A stretch of DNA of 64,000 bases from Nitrospirales bacterium (GTDB lineage: Bacteria > Nitrospirota > Nitrospiria > Nitrospirales > UBA8639), in assembly GCA_965203295.1 (NCBI GenBank), contig CBDBCZ010000015.1, positions 768,001 through 832,000 on the forward strand. The letters run 5' to 3'. Every line of letters begins with the position of its first letter. Positions within the stretch are counted from its first letter, which is position 1. The position numbers were made by a program, and so were the translations under genes. Of the stretch, positions 27,301-41,159 are shown one piece after another. The notes under the pieces are model-generated. The model saw only the letters and a list, made by a program, of their open reading frames with translations. It made no database searches and was not told where the DNA came from.

Positions 27301-30300
27301 CTATATGGTAGGCATGGTGACTCTCTGGTATACCTTCAGAGACAAATAGCACGATTGCATGATAGTTCTGATGGATTGGGATAGCGTGGAGTTCAAAGAA
27401 GGATTTCTTTACAAACCTAGCTCATATGTAGTACAGGCTTACATGAACAGAACTTTCTGTTGGATGAACACCTCAAGTGCTGAAAGACTGCCAAACGCTT
27501 GGTTTACAACAACAAAAAAGAACACTCCAATCCTGTGTGAAGAAATCATTATTTGACACCTATCGTATTGAGTTAGTCATCAATAATTATTGAGGACTAG
27601 GTATAATCAGTTACAGTAGCATGGAAAGTATACATGTGCGTATATATATACATTACAGGAAGTGGGCAGGATCTTGCATCCATACTATGCACTGTAAATT
27701 TAAAAATGTATGGTGTTTATCTGGTAATTTCATTCTGGAGTTATAGCCTGACAAAGTGATACACATAACAGTTGGACAACTATTAGAGAGTAGTAGGCAC
27801 ACCCTGCCACCCTCTAGTTAGAACAAAAGGCTGCAGTCAGTCAGTAGTCCATGTGCTCAGGGTCAATTTTGGCGTGCTATAACTCCAGAACCAAGCTACA
27901 AACAAACACCAGAGTTTTACGTAACTCACAGTTGGATGTAGCGATAGAAGGTCTCACTCGCTAGCTAGATGGCTATAGGTTTCCTGCTGAATGACCCACA
28001 AAGGGCACACTACTATCCAGAATAAATCAACGAGTGTATAGTGACTTAAATACTCAACCACAATGTATAGTCAAGCATGGATGACATACATGTATAATTA
28101 TGCTTTTCCTGCTAGTGTTTTGCCAAAGTATTCCACGACCATTTGATAAACTTCCTGCCATACTGCAGCATCTTGTAACCTAAGGTCCTCTATACCCACT
28201 CATGCAAAAATCACATTTCTGCTAAAAACTTACATCTGTCAATACAAATGCTTCTAGCGCGAAATCAATATTTGTATAGGGTATGCCAGGTTTCACAAAT
28301 TCGGACACATAGTCGTCATTAACTGACAAACCTGTCGTTGAATCCTAGTGGCTCTGTAGTTCGCTGGAAGTAGATCACTCCGATAATCAGTGCAAAGAAC
28401 GTCACAGTAAAAAACTAAAAGAACGTGATAAATTGACAATCATGTATGATATGTATACCAAGTATGTCCAAGATTGGGAGGCAGTTATGATATTCTAAGA
28501 ACTGAATTAGTTGTGACCAGACTTAGGCTTGCAGGTTAATCCTAACCATGGTATCCACACACCAGCTTGCTAACTGCAGACAGCATAAAAATCTATACCG
28601 GGTAAAAACTTTTGAACATTATTGTCTATAACAAACGCTATCATCCTATGAATGTAATAACATCAGTACGCAGGAAGTACGGGTGAACTACAGTGTATGT
28701 TAATTGTATTATCTAAGTACACATGGCTGAATGTAAACAGGAGCATCAGAACGGCCCTGAAACAGTTTGCATGGAAAAAAGAACTTACATACCAGTAGAC
28801 AGCGTAAAGGTGCCCGTTGTGTTTCAATTCCAGTGTAACTACAAGTTTTTAACAAGCTAGACCGGACTACATGTGGCTAGATTGAATATGCGACCAAAGC
28901 AAGGTATGTATGCATAGTGGAGCGGCAATGCAGTTTGCTACAGCTCTAAACTAGCTTTTCTCCCCTGTACTTCTAGCTCTGTGTTTTTAACCTCGTCTTT
29001 TTAAATTACCCCACTGGAGCACCCAATCACATGTCTTTTCATTGAACCCATCCTGTACTTAAGCATGCAGACAAAATGTGGAGTGTGGTACATTATGGTG
29101 AGCAAATTGTCCCTGTTAGTATACATAGTAGGCAGAGAATGTTGTAGTGCGTACCTGCAAGATGGAAGTTAATGGGTTTCTTATGAGGTTTACAGCTGAG
29201 CGTAGAGACACAATCAGTAACTACATGTAGACAAAGGAGAAACATGCACTGAGTTTATCAACCATATGGAACCAGTAACAAATATGACAGACTTGACAAC
29301 TTTTTATCTATATGCAAGAGTATGGCTAAGCATGACTGAAGTAGAACACAGCTTTAAGTTCTTCCCCATGGCACTACAGGATATTGTATACTTGTTACCA
29401 GCTGGAGCGCAAGCAGCATGTGAATGGCTAGTCCTAAGATTGCTTTATGTTTTCAGCGTTTGTCTGTTTATGTGTCCGCACATATTACGTGTGCAATATA
29501 ATACGTCATACATATATGTTACTATGCAATTGTAGTATATAGCAGCTTTTGGAGATTTGTAGGCCAAGCTACAGCAAATGAAGATGGTTGTGTGTTGCCT
29601 AGATGGTAAAATTTTATAGGCAGCTATAAAAATCCTGACATATAGCTACTAACCGGAAGTGCATGGCTGAGTCAGCACTTTCGCTGCACTGCTTTCGATT
29701 GCTTATCAGTTTGTACTTGATGCTTACTGTTAGGAGCATAGTTACTGTATTTCGTAGTTCTACAGCTGCAATTAGCTCGGCCTGAGCTGAGTTGTGTGTA
29801 TTGTACGGGAAAGGTTCCCGGCTGGTTTTTTAGACATGTAATGTTAGACTTGTAGATATAGTCTTTTCCGCACTACTCCATATTTTCATGTTTAAGTCCA
29901 GGGAATGAAGCTTGTATTCTAGTTCATATTGGGTGGAACAGCAATATAGCACCAACCTGCCAGAAGAAACTGGTGGCATATTTGATTGAGTTCTGCTTCC
30001 TGTTCTTGAAGTGACCTGCAATGCCACTGGCCTTTTCCTTCTGCTGCACGCCTTCAAGCATGGGGTCTATTGCAGCCTTCAGCTGGCGGTACTCCTCTGA
30101 CTGCAAGTACAGACTGTTGAAGTCCACTGACCCGGGCTTCCCATTTGACACCTTCACACCTGCAGTAAAGGAGCAAGCAAGGTGGCATTACATGTCTATA
30201 TATTGTTCACTTAGTTGGGTCTAATTTCTAGTATATTCAACATTGCATTTTCCTGATTCATTCATCCGCTGTGCCCCACTCTTCTCCTCTTGTCCATTCA

Positions 30301-33300
30301 GTGCTTGCTGTTAGTTCACACTTAAACCTGCAACTCAAATGTTATTGGCTACAACTTTTAGCTTGCAAGCTAAAAGTTGTAGCCAATAACTTATAGACAG
30401 ACAGAACCAATTGCTGAACTCCGCTGCATGTGTACAATTGTACATATGCGGTGAGGTTAAGCAATTGATTCTATGTTGTTTGTTGTCTGTCTACTTGGTG
30501 AAAAATAAAATACAATTTAGAGGGTTAAAAGACTGCTGAACATGTTGAAATCAAAAAATGTACATGTGTGTGTATCTGATAGTGGCCAAAGCAACTCTAC
30601 TCTCCACATTTTCAGCTCTTGCTTATTTAACAATGGCATGTTCCACAACTAGAATACAACAGGGGGCAACATATGCAGACTCTTGCTACCAGTTCATATG
30701 TGGCTTATATGTAGATAAATGTCCATGTCGTAAATACAACCATCGGTCACGCCCACAGCTTGGATATGACCATACACGACCACTAGTACACTCTGGGTAC
30801 GGCTACACAGCCAGGTGCACTGTACCAACAGCTCCATCTGGGTTCTAGCCAGGTCTCATTTATAAATTATGCAGCACGGGGTATATCTTTTCTAGTGACT
30901 TCTATTTTGTATGGTAAATGTTATCGCAAGTCCTACTCCACTGAAGATGACACCTTGGGTCGACTAGTAAGAGAGATCCTTATTAGAGCCGTTGCACACA
31001 TATTCCAAATTCCAGACCTGATGTTTTGTCTGCCTCCGCTTAATTTAATTACTCTTACATGTATACTTATTACTCTACAGATGAAACATACAGTAACTAG
31101 CCACAACCTACCTTTCTCATCCTCTTTGTTTAGCTCATTGGCGTTGATAATGTCCAGGAAGAAGTCAGCTGGATTGTCATGCTGCTCACACACAAGCCCT
31201 ACAGGGAGGGGGGGTCAGACACAGGGCAAATTAAGTCCTAATTACAGTTACAAAATAGTTGGGTGGGCTAGCCATGTAGTCAGACTTTCAGCATAGGCCC
31301 AGCTACTTAGTTAGGGTTTCCTAAAACTGCAATTTGAATTGAGGTATAATAGCTTTTACTTGTGCATCATGTAAACTAGGCCTTCAATTAGTACACTGCA
31401 TGAATAATGTATATACAAAATAAATGCAGTTACTAGTAACATGATGTTATAGTACAAAGTATAGGGTTTCTTCCACACAGCATACAAAGAATGCCACAAA
31501 GCATAGGAAACTCAGAGTTGGGTACACATACTATAAAGGCTCTAAAAGTTCTAAATGAATTAAGTCTCTATGTGGCAGGTCTCAATTACTGTGGTTTCAC
31601 TTAGTAGCCCATACATATATGTACGCGTGGCTTCAGTTACAATCTCAAGAATGCCCACACAACTATGACAGAATCAGGTTTCCATCAGCCTGTCTCTCTT
31701 CAATGACAAATTTACATGGTAACACCATGGCTTCATCATACGTAGCAGAAATTTAAATTCTTTGATTTGTTCTTTAATTCTTTAATTAGGAGTCTGGAGC
31801 TGTCAGCTTTGCATATGTTCACCATTCAGACCACGTTCAAGATTTTGGTGTTTGGTACCAGAGACTTATGATCTATTACCACTTTCACACACACAGGAGT
31901 TGACACAGTGCACTGTCTTAGGCTGACACTGGATGCTAATGCATTACACAAAAACTCCTACCTTTTGTATTCAGTACTGCCATACGTACAACGTACGTGA
32001 AAGACACATATGGGTGTACTTATTGAAGGAAAAAGTTACATGCAGGATTATGACCTAAGTACCTTGCTCTTCAAAGTATCCAAGAGCTCTCTGTGGCAGT
32101 CCATGGTAGACCAGAGCCCCAAGTGAGAGGAGAGTGAGGCTGTCAAACTGCTTGAAGATGGCATAGCGGGGCTGGTGGATCGACAGGATTACAATCCTAT
32201 CATTGACTTGACTCAGGCTGAAAGAGAAAATGGTAATGGTCACTGAGTGTACTGTACCACATATATCATTGTGTAATTGTGTGACTATTGGTTGAGACAT
32301 GTTTCTGCTTTATGTTATCACTAGTCAAAGTTGATATGAAACAGTAAAATGTTTTGGTGCTTGTCTTGCGTAATACACTGATGATGGTGTCTGTATGGTC
32401 ACAAAAACATTTGACTTGTACTAGTGGTAACATACAGCAGATTGAAGCAGCTCGTGTAACTCCACATGTATGTACATACAAACTGGCTGAAGATTTGAAA
32501 CCGGGCTGTACGTACATGTATACAATGCAGAGTGTAGCAGTTGCAAGCTAATAAAGTGCGCAATGACTATAATTATATGGAACTACATGTGTACAGCAAT
32601 ACAAAGGTCCTACAGTTTCTGGGTGTAAAGAAGATTGACCTACGTACGTGTACAAATTCCTATTTAGATCACATCCCATTTGCTGCTTGCAAGAGTAGGA
32701 CTTGTACATGTATGTATTTTGGGTGCTTGTCAGGGTTTCATACAGAGAGGGGCACCCTAGGATCCCCCCCCCCCCCCTCCCCATCCCCCCCCCAGGATTT
32801 TGAACTGTTAAAATGTTGAACTTGTGGTTTAACACAAACTTGGGGTAGTCACATACACTGTATATGTAAACTGCTATCTCAGGGCAGTTGTTTTGTTCGA
32901 ATTTTCTGAGGGAGCATTCGACCCCCATTGCCAGAATCTCCTCCCCCCCCCCCTCTTAAAGTTGGTTGCCAATGTTTCGCACACATGTATGGTTAACAGT
33001 GTCAGCAAATTTACAATAAATGTACTTAAAAATGCACCAAAAGTGATCTCAGAGGGTCTAATTAAAAAATTTTTCCATGCCCCCAGACCCCCCTAGCATG
33101 ACGTACAATGAGAACTTTTCTGAATGAACCCCACTGGAATGCCCCCACACCCCCTTACAAGGACGTTTGCTTTTCCAAAAAACTTTCCCACCCCCAGCAA
33201 AAAATCCTGTATGAAACCCTGATTGTAGACTAATGTGGATGTGAAATGTATAGCAATGGGCACACACCAGACTGATAAAACACACACGTCATGTTTCTAT

Positions 33301-36300
33301 ACAACAAATCACTTTTTGATACCTGCTGGGTGACAGTTGTAAGCGTACCTGTACATGTAGGAACAATTACACACACATCTACCTCATACATGCACATAAA
33401 CTAGTACATGTACACACTCACTCCTTGAGTAGCTTGATAACAGAAACAGCAGTGTTGGCATCCAGGCCAGTGGTAGGCTCATCCAGAAATAGTATCTGAG
33501 GCTCAATGATCAGCTCCATGCCAATGCTGGTGCGCCTCCTCTCACCACCGGAAACACCACGAATAAATTCGTTCCCAATCTATGTGTGTGTACACGTATG
33601 CATGAAAATTCATGTCTCTATTACAATTTTCTGTAAGTTACAAGATGTAGCAAGTTGCTTAGCACTTTGCCCTCATTTAATATATACATGTAGGCTTTAC
33701 TTTTGAGTCAGAGCAGCCGCTGAGGCCCAGCTCTTTGATGACCTTCTCCACTCTCAACTTCCTCTCTTCCCATGTTGTGTGGGAAGGGAGACGGAGGGCA
33801 GCAGAAAAGTGTAGGTTCTCGCGCACTGTCAGAGTACCCATCACAACAGCAGCATCATCCTGGAGGAAAGAGTATAGGTCAAATAACTACATTCATAGGA
33901 CACGGTCACTCTACTGTTGTAGACAAGCATAAGAATACTACTGCAAGTTCATCTTAAAAGACATGCCCGTATAAAACTCTCCTATGTGTGACGTGTAGAT
34001 GTATGTGCTACATTATTACCAGCTGGGCAATGTGAAGCATGTTTCAATTTGCATAATGTACTGGGCCTGAAAGTGAATTCTATAGCAACAGGTGCTACCT
34101 AGCAATTATAATAGCTTACACAGCCAATTTTGACCCCACTGGGCTTGGGTTAATAGCTGACCAGCTGCTTCACATTGCCCAGCTGGTAATAGTGCTGGCT
34201 GGTCTTAAGTTTGTTTTACTTTTTTGTCTGTGCATCTGCACATACGCACATGTATCATGTGTGCAGCATTCATTTTTTTATATCATGTGTTACTATGCAG
34301 CACTGTTTTTCCTGCTTGTAAACTGTTCAGCCTGCTTACAAAACATTAGTCGTGCTTGTAAACCATCCAGAAAGCTTATAAACCATTTGTCTGGCTTAGA
34401 AATAGTTTGTGCCTATTTCTTAAACAGCATAGGCCAACACAGAACACTGTGGGGCAAGCCTGAGTGAGTGCATATGTCTTACCAGTGTATGCAGAGAATG
34501 AAATTACCAGCATGGCATACCAACATAACAACTCATGTATATATACACATCTTCTGATTACAATATTGTTGTGCTAACCTGCACAACATATCCCACTGAG
34601 CACTTGAAGTTGTGTTGTTTTCGTTTGCCATCAATCAGTACAGCTCCAGTCAAGCCTGACTTATCCTTTCGGTCAGCTAAAATGTCAAGCAGTCTACACA
34701 AACAAAATTAACAATCAGTATGTAGTTACTGTAGTTCACAGTGCTATACGTAACTACCAATACAACAACTACACCTTGTCCCTAGCCTTTACACGTATTC
34801 GGACTTACGTAGTTTTTCCACTGCCTGTGGGTCCCATAATCGCATTTAAACCTGGTAACATCACACCACTGCAGGAGGAGTGCATAATACATCGAAGACA
34901 CATGAACATGTTGGTCTCATACAGAGTAGCTGCAAATCACAGCGTAGTGCATTTACAGAGACCATCCTAGGTAATTAAAATTGTAGAGAGGATGGTCCCC
35001 GTAAACGCACTGTGCTGTGTTTTGTAGCTACTCCGTAACGCATTGCGCTCTGATGTGCAGGTAGTCCGTGAATGCATTGTGGTGTGAGTTGTAGCTTGTT
35101 TCATTTGTTTTTGCATCCCTACATGTCATTGAATGGTTTTTGCACTTTTTGGTAAAGTGTTAATTATGTAACTTGTTTTGGGTATTTCTTTTAGGAGGGG
35201 GCGTGAAATCGGGGTCAGAAACTGAAGGGATATCTTGATTCTGACCCAGCCAAGCCATCTGCACAACGGACATGCTGTGAACGAAAATGTTGTCTACCAA
35301 AAAACTGCTGCCAACGTAAACCACAAGGTCTGGGTTCACAGGTCTACCAATGCACTTCTTCCCTCACTAGCTCAAACGGAGTCGGTTTTCGACACAATAA
35401 AGTTGAGGTTTGAATGTGGAGCTGCCTCCACGTGGCTCAGGCCGGGATCTGTCAGTAGCACTACTGCCACTGGTAGATGCTACGCAAATGTTCCATACAA
35501 ATCACATCGAGTGAGTTAAACACACAAGTAGTTGCACGAGTAAAGCGAGCGCAACTATTCGTATAACATTAATAAACAGTTTACACTAAAGGGGTAAAAA
35601 TTGATAGTTGCTCTGTTCCACCCACACTTATTAGTGAATTTGTGCCTTAATTATTTGAATAAGCCCTTCATACAGTAGCATAAGAATCACTTATATATTC
35701 ACCTGTCTGGGTTGCTTTTCACTACCTGACGGCATAGGTATTCAATGATATTTACAGAAGGTAGGCCTAACTTGATAACAGTTTTTTGTGGACTCACAAG
35801 TATTCTAGACTGCTGGATCAGAAGTGACTGGTGCCGAATGTTCAATAAAGACAACACGCTCATACTGCTCTCAGAAACAATTCACCGCATCTGTCGTATA
35901 CATGCAGACACAAAGGCTACCGCTGATCAACTTGACCTACGGAAGCTTTTAGTAACATAATAATGCAGAACAGCAGCAATAGAACATTTGAAACTGAATG
36001 GCTCAAGCTTGCACCATACTCGTAATATGGAATGAAGAGAGTAGTCTTGCGTACAACTTATGGGACAAACTGTATGTTTTGTGGAGTGTAGAGCAATGCT
36101 ATGATGGGAATAATGCCAATGTAATTGCATTGGTGAAGCTCTAAAGGTCTGGACAAACCAGATTACTTGACATACATCGGCAGGTGTACCATATGGGGGA
36201 TACTACTGCTGCTCTGGGCTTTTCTTTATGTCCTAAATGATGCCAGACTGCATGGAGGTTACAGGGAGAGGAACTGTGCATACCCTACAGTACAAGTAGT

Positions 36301-38321
36301 GCACTGTGCATTCCCTATAGTAAGGGATGCAGAGCGGGGGCACTACGCATCCTCCACGGTACAAGTAGGGATGCAGAGTGGGGGAGGGGGGGGGGATACT
36401 ACTGCTGCTCTGGGCTTTTGTTGATGTCCTAAATGACTGCATGGAGGTTACAGGGAGAGGAACTGTGCATCCTCTATAGTACAAATGAGGGATGCAGAGC
36501 GGGGGAGGGGGGTGGGGCACTGTGCATCCTCCACGGTACAAGTAGGGATGCAGAGTGGGGGAGCACTCCACGTTCCCTTCTGTATAGGTAGGGGAAGCGG
36601 AGTGAGGGGGGGGAGGGGGTCTCTGCGTCCCATACAATTAGCAGGGATTAATTACAAAATCCATCATTTAGCCAATGCCCCAAATGTCGATAAATACAAA
36701 TTATAATCTTTATGAGGCACAGTTTACTGACCCAGACCATTCCATATCTGAACAGGCTGTGATTACCATAGTCCAATGTGTACAGGGGTTTGTCAATGTT
36801 GCTGAGGCGTAGGAAACCAACTAGGATAGTATTTGTTTGCTTATGGCAAGCATAAAATATTATACTGATGCACATCAGAGGAAAACATAATTCATCCTCA
36901 TTAAAATGGTGGATGGCACCAATAGCTGGAGAGGATAACTGTTTTTGCACCTATCAGGTATTCATCCTTACTACACTTTGTTTTAAAAGTCAGTCGATCA
37001 AAGTATGACAGACCACTTGCCCATGCACAATGGATACATATCTCATACAAAATTTATATATCCCATACAAGCATGGGGATGTGCAAGCTGTCTGTGATAC
37101 AAAAATGATTTTTTGACTTAAAACAAGTTCACTGAAAAAATCCAGCTAGGGTTATCTAAAAAAAAGTGGAACACTTTGCCACCCAATTTCGGAAGGAAAG
37201 AAAGACTATTAACGCATAAATATTCTGTACCAACCTGTGCTTTTACCATAGATAGTAGCTATGCTAATACCCACCGAAGAATGCTATAGCTTGGCTTCCT
37301 AAGTACATAATCTTATTGCACTGTTACATAACTGCACATTCTCTGGTACTGGAGCTGCAACTGAGCAACCTATGGTAGGTTTTTAAACTAACAACTATAT
37401 TTTTACAGTGTATAGTAAGAATGAAACTTGGTAAAATAATTTGTATACGTACCCTATGAATGTGCATACAAAAAAAAGTGTTGATTTGTATGGGTTATTA
37501 CATGGATTTGAGTGCGAATTGGGAGTAATTGCATTGAGAGGTGAGTAAAGGCAGCGAACAATGACGAGAACAAGCATCACCAAGCGACTTTTAAATTATA
37601 CTGGCCATCCGGGTCTACTTTGTGATTAAGTACATATTTACTAGGATGCAGCGATTTTTATCCTTTGGCCATACCTATTTATGCTTTGCTGCTCGAGCTA
37701 GCTCAGCTCTTTGTTATTATTGGTGTCATCCACCATATAAATTCCATGCTGATTACCTGCAATGGTATGTGTTCATAAATTGTCTCGGTATGGATTTTTA
37801 AAAAGAGTGAACGAAAATAGGATGAAATAAAGCGAATCCGAAAAAAATAGTTGAGGAGACAAGTCTACCTAGCCATTTTTCCCTTCATGGAAGGGAATCT
37901 GTTGCAGACTATATTGCAGAATATATGTAATTTAATGCAGTTTAATAACATATTCGCACGCGAGACTAACCAGCCGGTACGAGGCTAGCAACCCGGCTCA
38001 TAGTACCAGTCTCGCGTGCCAGCCGATGACAGTTGTTCGAGGTCTGACACAACATACTTACCTCACAGACTTGAGGATCCTTTTGCTTGGTTTCCTAAAG
38101 CAGCACTTCCTCTGCTGCACCTCGTACGAGATGTTGTGGAAGGAAAGGCATCGCAGACCGCCCGCGCTGGGAATCTCTGGAATTGCCGGAGTGTAGCTGT
38201 AGTCGTCTATTTCAATGAAGGCAGTCTGAGTCTCGGTCAGGGCATAGATATTATCTATGGTCAGGGTGGCGTCAGCGTAGTTATGATCTTCGGAACTGAA
38301 GAACGTCGCTTGCTTTGCCAT
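24308..38321 (-). CDS. ABCG2: ABCG2/white-family ABC half-transporter, copy B (complete, ~688 aa)
   Basis: 16 exons (minus): 38062-38321, 34809-34868 (GPTGSGKT), 34579-34693, 33701-33859, 33422-33579 ([15 protein letters not shown]), 32063-32217, 31112-31198, 29957-30159, 29155-29220, 28332-28414, 27443-27532, 26577-26701, 26223-26377, 24959-25048, 24660-24706, 24308-24521 (..LLSIKKDK*). Lengths sum to 2067 nt, divisible by 3, with no internal stop seen. Intron positions match copy A. Confidence 0.93.
30341..30390. repeat. Perfect 50-bp spacerless palindrome
   Basis: gttattggctacaacttttagcttg|caagctaaaagttgtagccaataac. Confidence 0.95.
30440..30903 (+). mobile_element. HINE/DINE-1-like element, second copy
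   Basis: gaggttaagcaattg..gtctgtct..ctccacattttcagctct..cgcccacagcttg..ggtctcattt..gcacggggtat shared with 10950-11475. Confidence 0.6.
32730..33222. mobile_element. MITE-like element(s) with inverted cagggtttcatacag termini and poly-C tracts
   Basis: tcagggtttcatacag (32730) / ctgtatgaaaccctga (33207-33222). Confidence 0.5.
34014..34191. mobile_element. Short MITE with perfect 26-bp TIRs
   Basis: tattaccagctgggcaatgtgaagca (34014-34039) / tgcttcacattgcccagctggtaata (34166-34191). Confidence 0.75.
36195..36600. repeat. ~200-bp tandem duplication with G-rich sub-repeats
   Basis: gggggatactactgctgctctgggcttt..ctgcatggaggttacagggagaggaactgtgcat at 36195 and 36392; cggtacaagtagggatgcagag repeated. 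Confidence 0.8.
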
Positions 38322-39017
38322 TTCAGAAGTCAAGCAAATATTACCATAGAGAGTAAAATAGAGTAGTTACGAGCGTGCCCGTGCGTGACTACGCTGGAGT
38401 GAAGCTGGCACGTGCGAGACGCGCGTAAACGATTGATGGTAGGGCAAAATTTACAGGAAAGTGTTTGCGGAAAACAAAAGAAAATAGAAGTGTGGTGTGT
38501 CTAACACGCCCTATGAATACTGTAGAGACTGTTAGTTAAGGTGACCCTTTGCAACCTGACATGTACTATCAATGAAGGAACCGACAGCTAAGGAACTACG
38601 AAGTAATAAATGCGGGGGCGGGGCACGCTACGATGTGCGCCGCGCCAGCTCACGTAGCTCTTGACCGCGCAAGAAGCAGTAAGGTAGATCACGCTTAGGT
38701 TGAACTCTCTAGAATTGAAGTACAAAAAATGAAGTCTTTATTCAAGGAACAGGATATTTGAGAGAGTTACAAATAATTTGTAGCAAGACCTGACAGTTCT
38801 CAATTTATACCACACCTGGTGCATTTCAAGAGCTCACCTGAAACAGTAGTTGATTGTAGGTATCTATCGATGGATGCATGTAAAAACTTTGAGATTGTAC
38901 TTCCGTTATTTATAAGAGTAAAATGGAAGCGGTAACATACAAGAAAGGTTATAGACGTCTGTCAGCATTAACATATTGATAGCAGGTATGTGTATCTTGC
39001 ACATGTCTCCTTGCCAG

Positions 39018-39503
39018 ACCTGGTGGACTTTGCTGATGAGGAAGGCAAAGGGAAGTACCTGGATCTCCATGAGGTCTACGACTACTACATGTACATACCT
39101 CGACCTCAAGCAGATAGAAGTACCAGTGCAACTATAGTAATATTATGGTCTTAATGTTATAGTCTTCCCTTTACTTGCATGGAAAGGTATTTCCGTCATT
39201 GGTCCCAACACTCACTCTAAACGAGGCCTTTGGAAAGCCTGTCAACCCGAAATGCTATGAGAACTCTCAAACTAACATGTAAGTGACATACGGGTTGAAA
39301 ATCGTCTAAAAACATAATATTATTTTATGTTTCCCCTACAGAAGTGGAGTCACTAAAGTGCCTAATACATATACTGCAAGTGAAAGACATTCCTGTCAAT
39401 ATTCCTCTCTGTAGAAAGTTGACTTGACTACCTGACCTACTTGCAGATATTAGATCGACTCTTTGAAAACATTACAAAAAGAAGAAAACTGTGGAATGCA
39501 AAA
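39018..39503 (+). pseudogene. SF3A3: SF3A3 (Prp9, U2 snRNP splicing factor 3A subunit 3) pseudogene fragment
   Basis: Exon 39018-39119 reads LVDFADEEGKGKYLDLHEVY then, out of frame, YLDLKQIE. Exon 39415-39503 reads KVD[ttgac duplication]YLTYLQILDRLFE. Both match the recalled SF3A3 segment LVEFTDEEGYGRYLDLHDCYLKYINLKASEKLDYITYLSIFDQLFD and both are frameshifted; no downstream exons were seen. Confidence 0.8.
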
Positions 39504-39799
39504 GTGAAACTCTAATATTTGGCTGAGTAAAGGGCATTCAGGCATACTAGTATAATTAGATTCTTAGGTAGTCATATGCTGCAGGAATAGGAAGAATTAT
39601 TATTATGGTTGACACATATGCCATGAATAAACTGCTTATAAAATTGTTACAATGCAGGCAGCTACCTGTCTCGTAGGAATTGTCATTCATGTATGTACAA
39701 CTGCAGTGCTTTGTATGTGTACATTGTATACACATGTAGCAGTAATCCTTGAAATACATGCACATGCAACTTAACATATACAAAAAGTGTACAGCAGAC

Positions 39800-40830
39800 T
39801 CGTCCCATCCCACCTGTTGTAGACAACATTAGTGGAGTGAATGTTGCACGCATGACCTCACGGACTCGCTGGTCGTACAGCCGTCTCTTCTCTTGCTCAT
39901 GCCTGCGATACACGGATGATAGTGGACCATTACAATTCGATTGGGCGCTCGGGTTAAATACCAGTACATCGACAAATGCCTTTTCAAATCTTCCCCCCCA
40001 GAACCTGTACATTGCAACATCCAAGTGAGCACCATCTTCAGTGATTGCAGAGCAGTGAGAAAAGGACCCACCAGAGAGTGACTGTAGGTGGGGCTTGATT
40101 GTAACTGCATGACAAACTTCAGTCAATAGCGAAGCAGTAATGTCTCTGACTTCGTTTTGTCTCACAGCTGGGAACCCCTCGATTTTGCAGGTGAGGGCAT
40201 GTTCAACACTGAATAGTTGTCCTCAAGTGCAGTGCGATGGCGAGTTCTTAAGTGACCAACCGTATCTGAGGGAGAGGCCATCTCTGAAGGCGGACTTGTG
40301 CAGAGCGAATCCATGCTCATCGATGGGCAGTGCTGTCAGCCAGGTTGAAGCTCCTTTTTCCTGGGAGAGTTCCATGGAACGTTGGAGAGGAGCCGGGAGT
40401 TGTCATCGCAGGTTTTCCGCATTTTCCTTCTGCTTTGTACGTTTGTTAGAGTGGATTCTTCTCTTGATGTTTTGCTGACCATTATGGCAATTGTTGAGTT
40501 GTTGGTCCTGATTGATGATTCGCTCAACAAGTGGGCACTAATGCAGCCTGTTGCTCTTTTGCTACAGCGACAGGATTCATGAGAGCCAAACCGCCAAGTC
40601 TTGCAGGTAGTGCTAACAACTCACAAACATGTTCTCCTGGAGGAGGTTGCCCTGTGAGTGCAGGGATGAAGCGTGACTGGATTGCTTTCTTTAGGGATTC
40701 CAGAGTGTGACTGCTTCCCAATTAAATTATACCCTTAGAAGGTAGTTCCACTTTGAGGAGAGGCCGTGGGTGAATGCAGCATAAGCTACATGTGGCCTCA
40801 GCAAACTTGCTAACCTCGTTTACCCAGCTT
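39800..40830 (-). mobile_element. Decayed non-LTR retrotransposon with C-terminal restriction-like endonuclease (CRE/R2-group-like)
   Basis: Broken frames: PHVAYAAFTHGLSSKWNYLLR, ELLALPARLGGL, RQNEVRDITASLL..PHLQSL..HLDV..FWGGRFEKAFVDVLVFNP..RHEQEKRRLYDQRVREV..FTPLMLSTTGGMG; frameshifted. Confidence 0.8.
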
Positions 40831-41159
40831 GGCACTACGCCAGTATGTCGAAAGAAAAGTTAAAATCGCTCCGCCTGTTCCACTTAATTCCCTTTTCTTC
40901 ATGGTAGGCGTGCCACAAAATAAATGTGCCACACCCAGCAATTCTCGCGAAGCGAGGACGTCCCTGCACATCGATAGTAGCTATGCAATATCACTAGTAA
41001 AAAATTATATTATCCATGATCTATAGTTAGCCACGCCTGTTCGCCGTGCCGGGAAATCTATTATAGGATTCGAGTTGCTCGAGGCGGAGACTCTTCTGCT
41101 TTATCTCAGACTCTAGTAAGACTTCTGGTGGTTTATCCAAATCGAACGAGTTAAGGGCA

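Noticed and set aside
36167..36706. Pro/Cys-rich repetitive ORFs
   Set aside because: Translations of a G-rich tandem repeat inside ABCG-B intron 1
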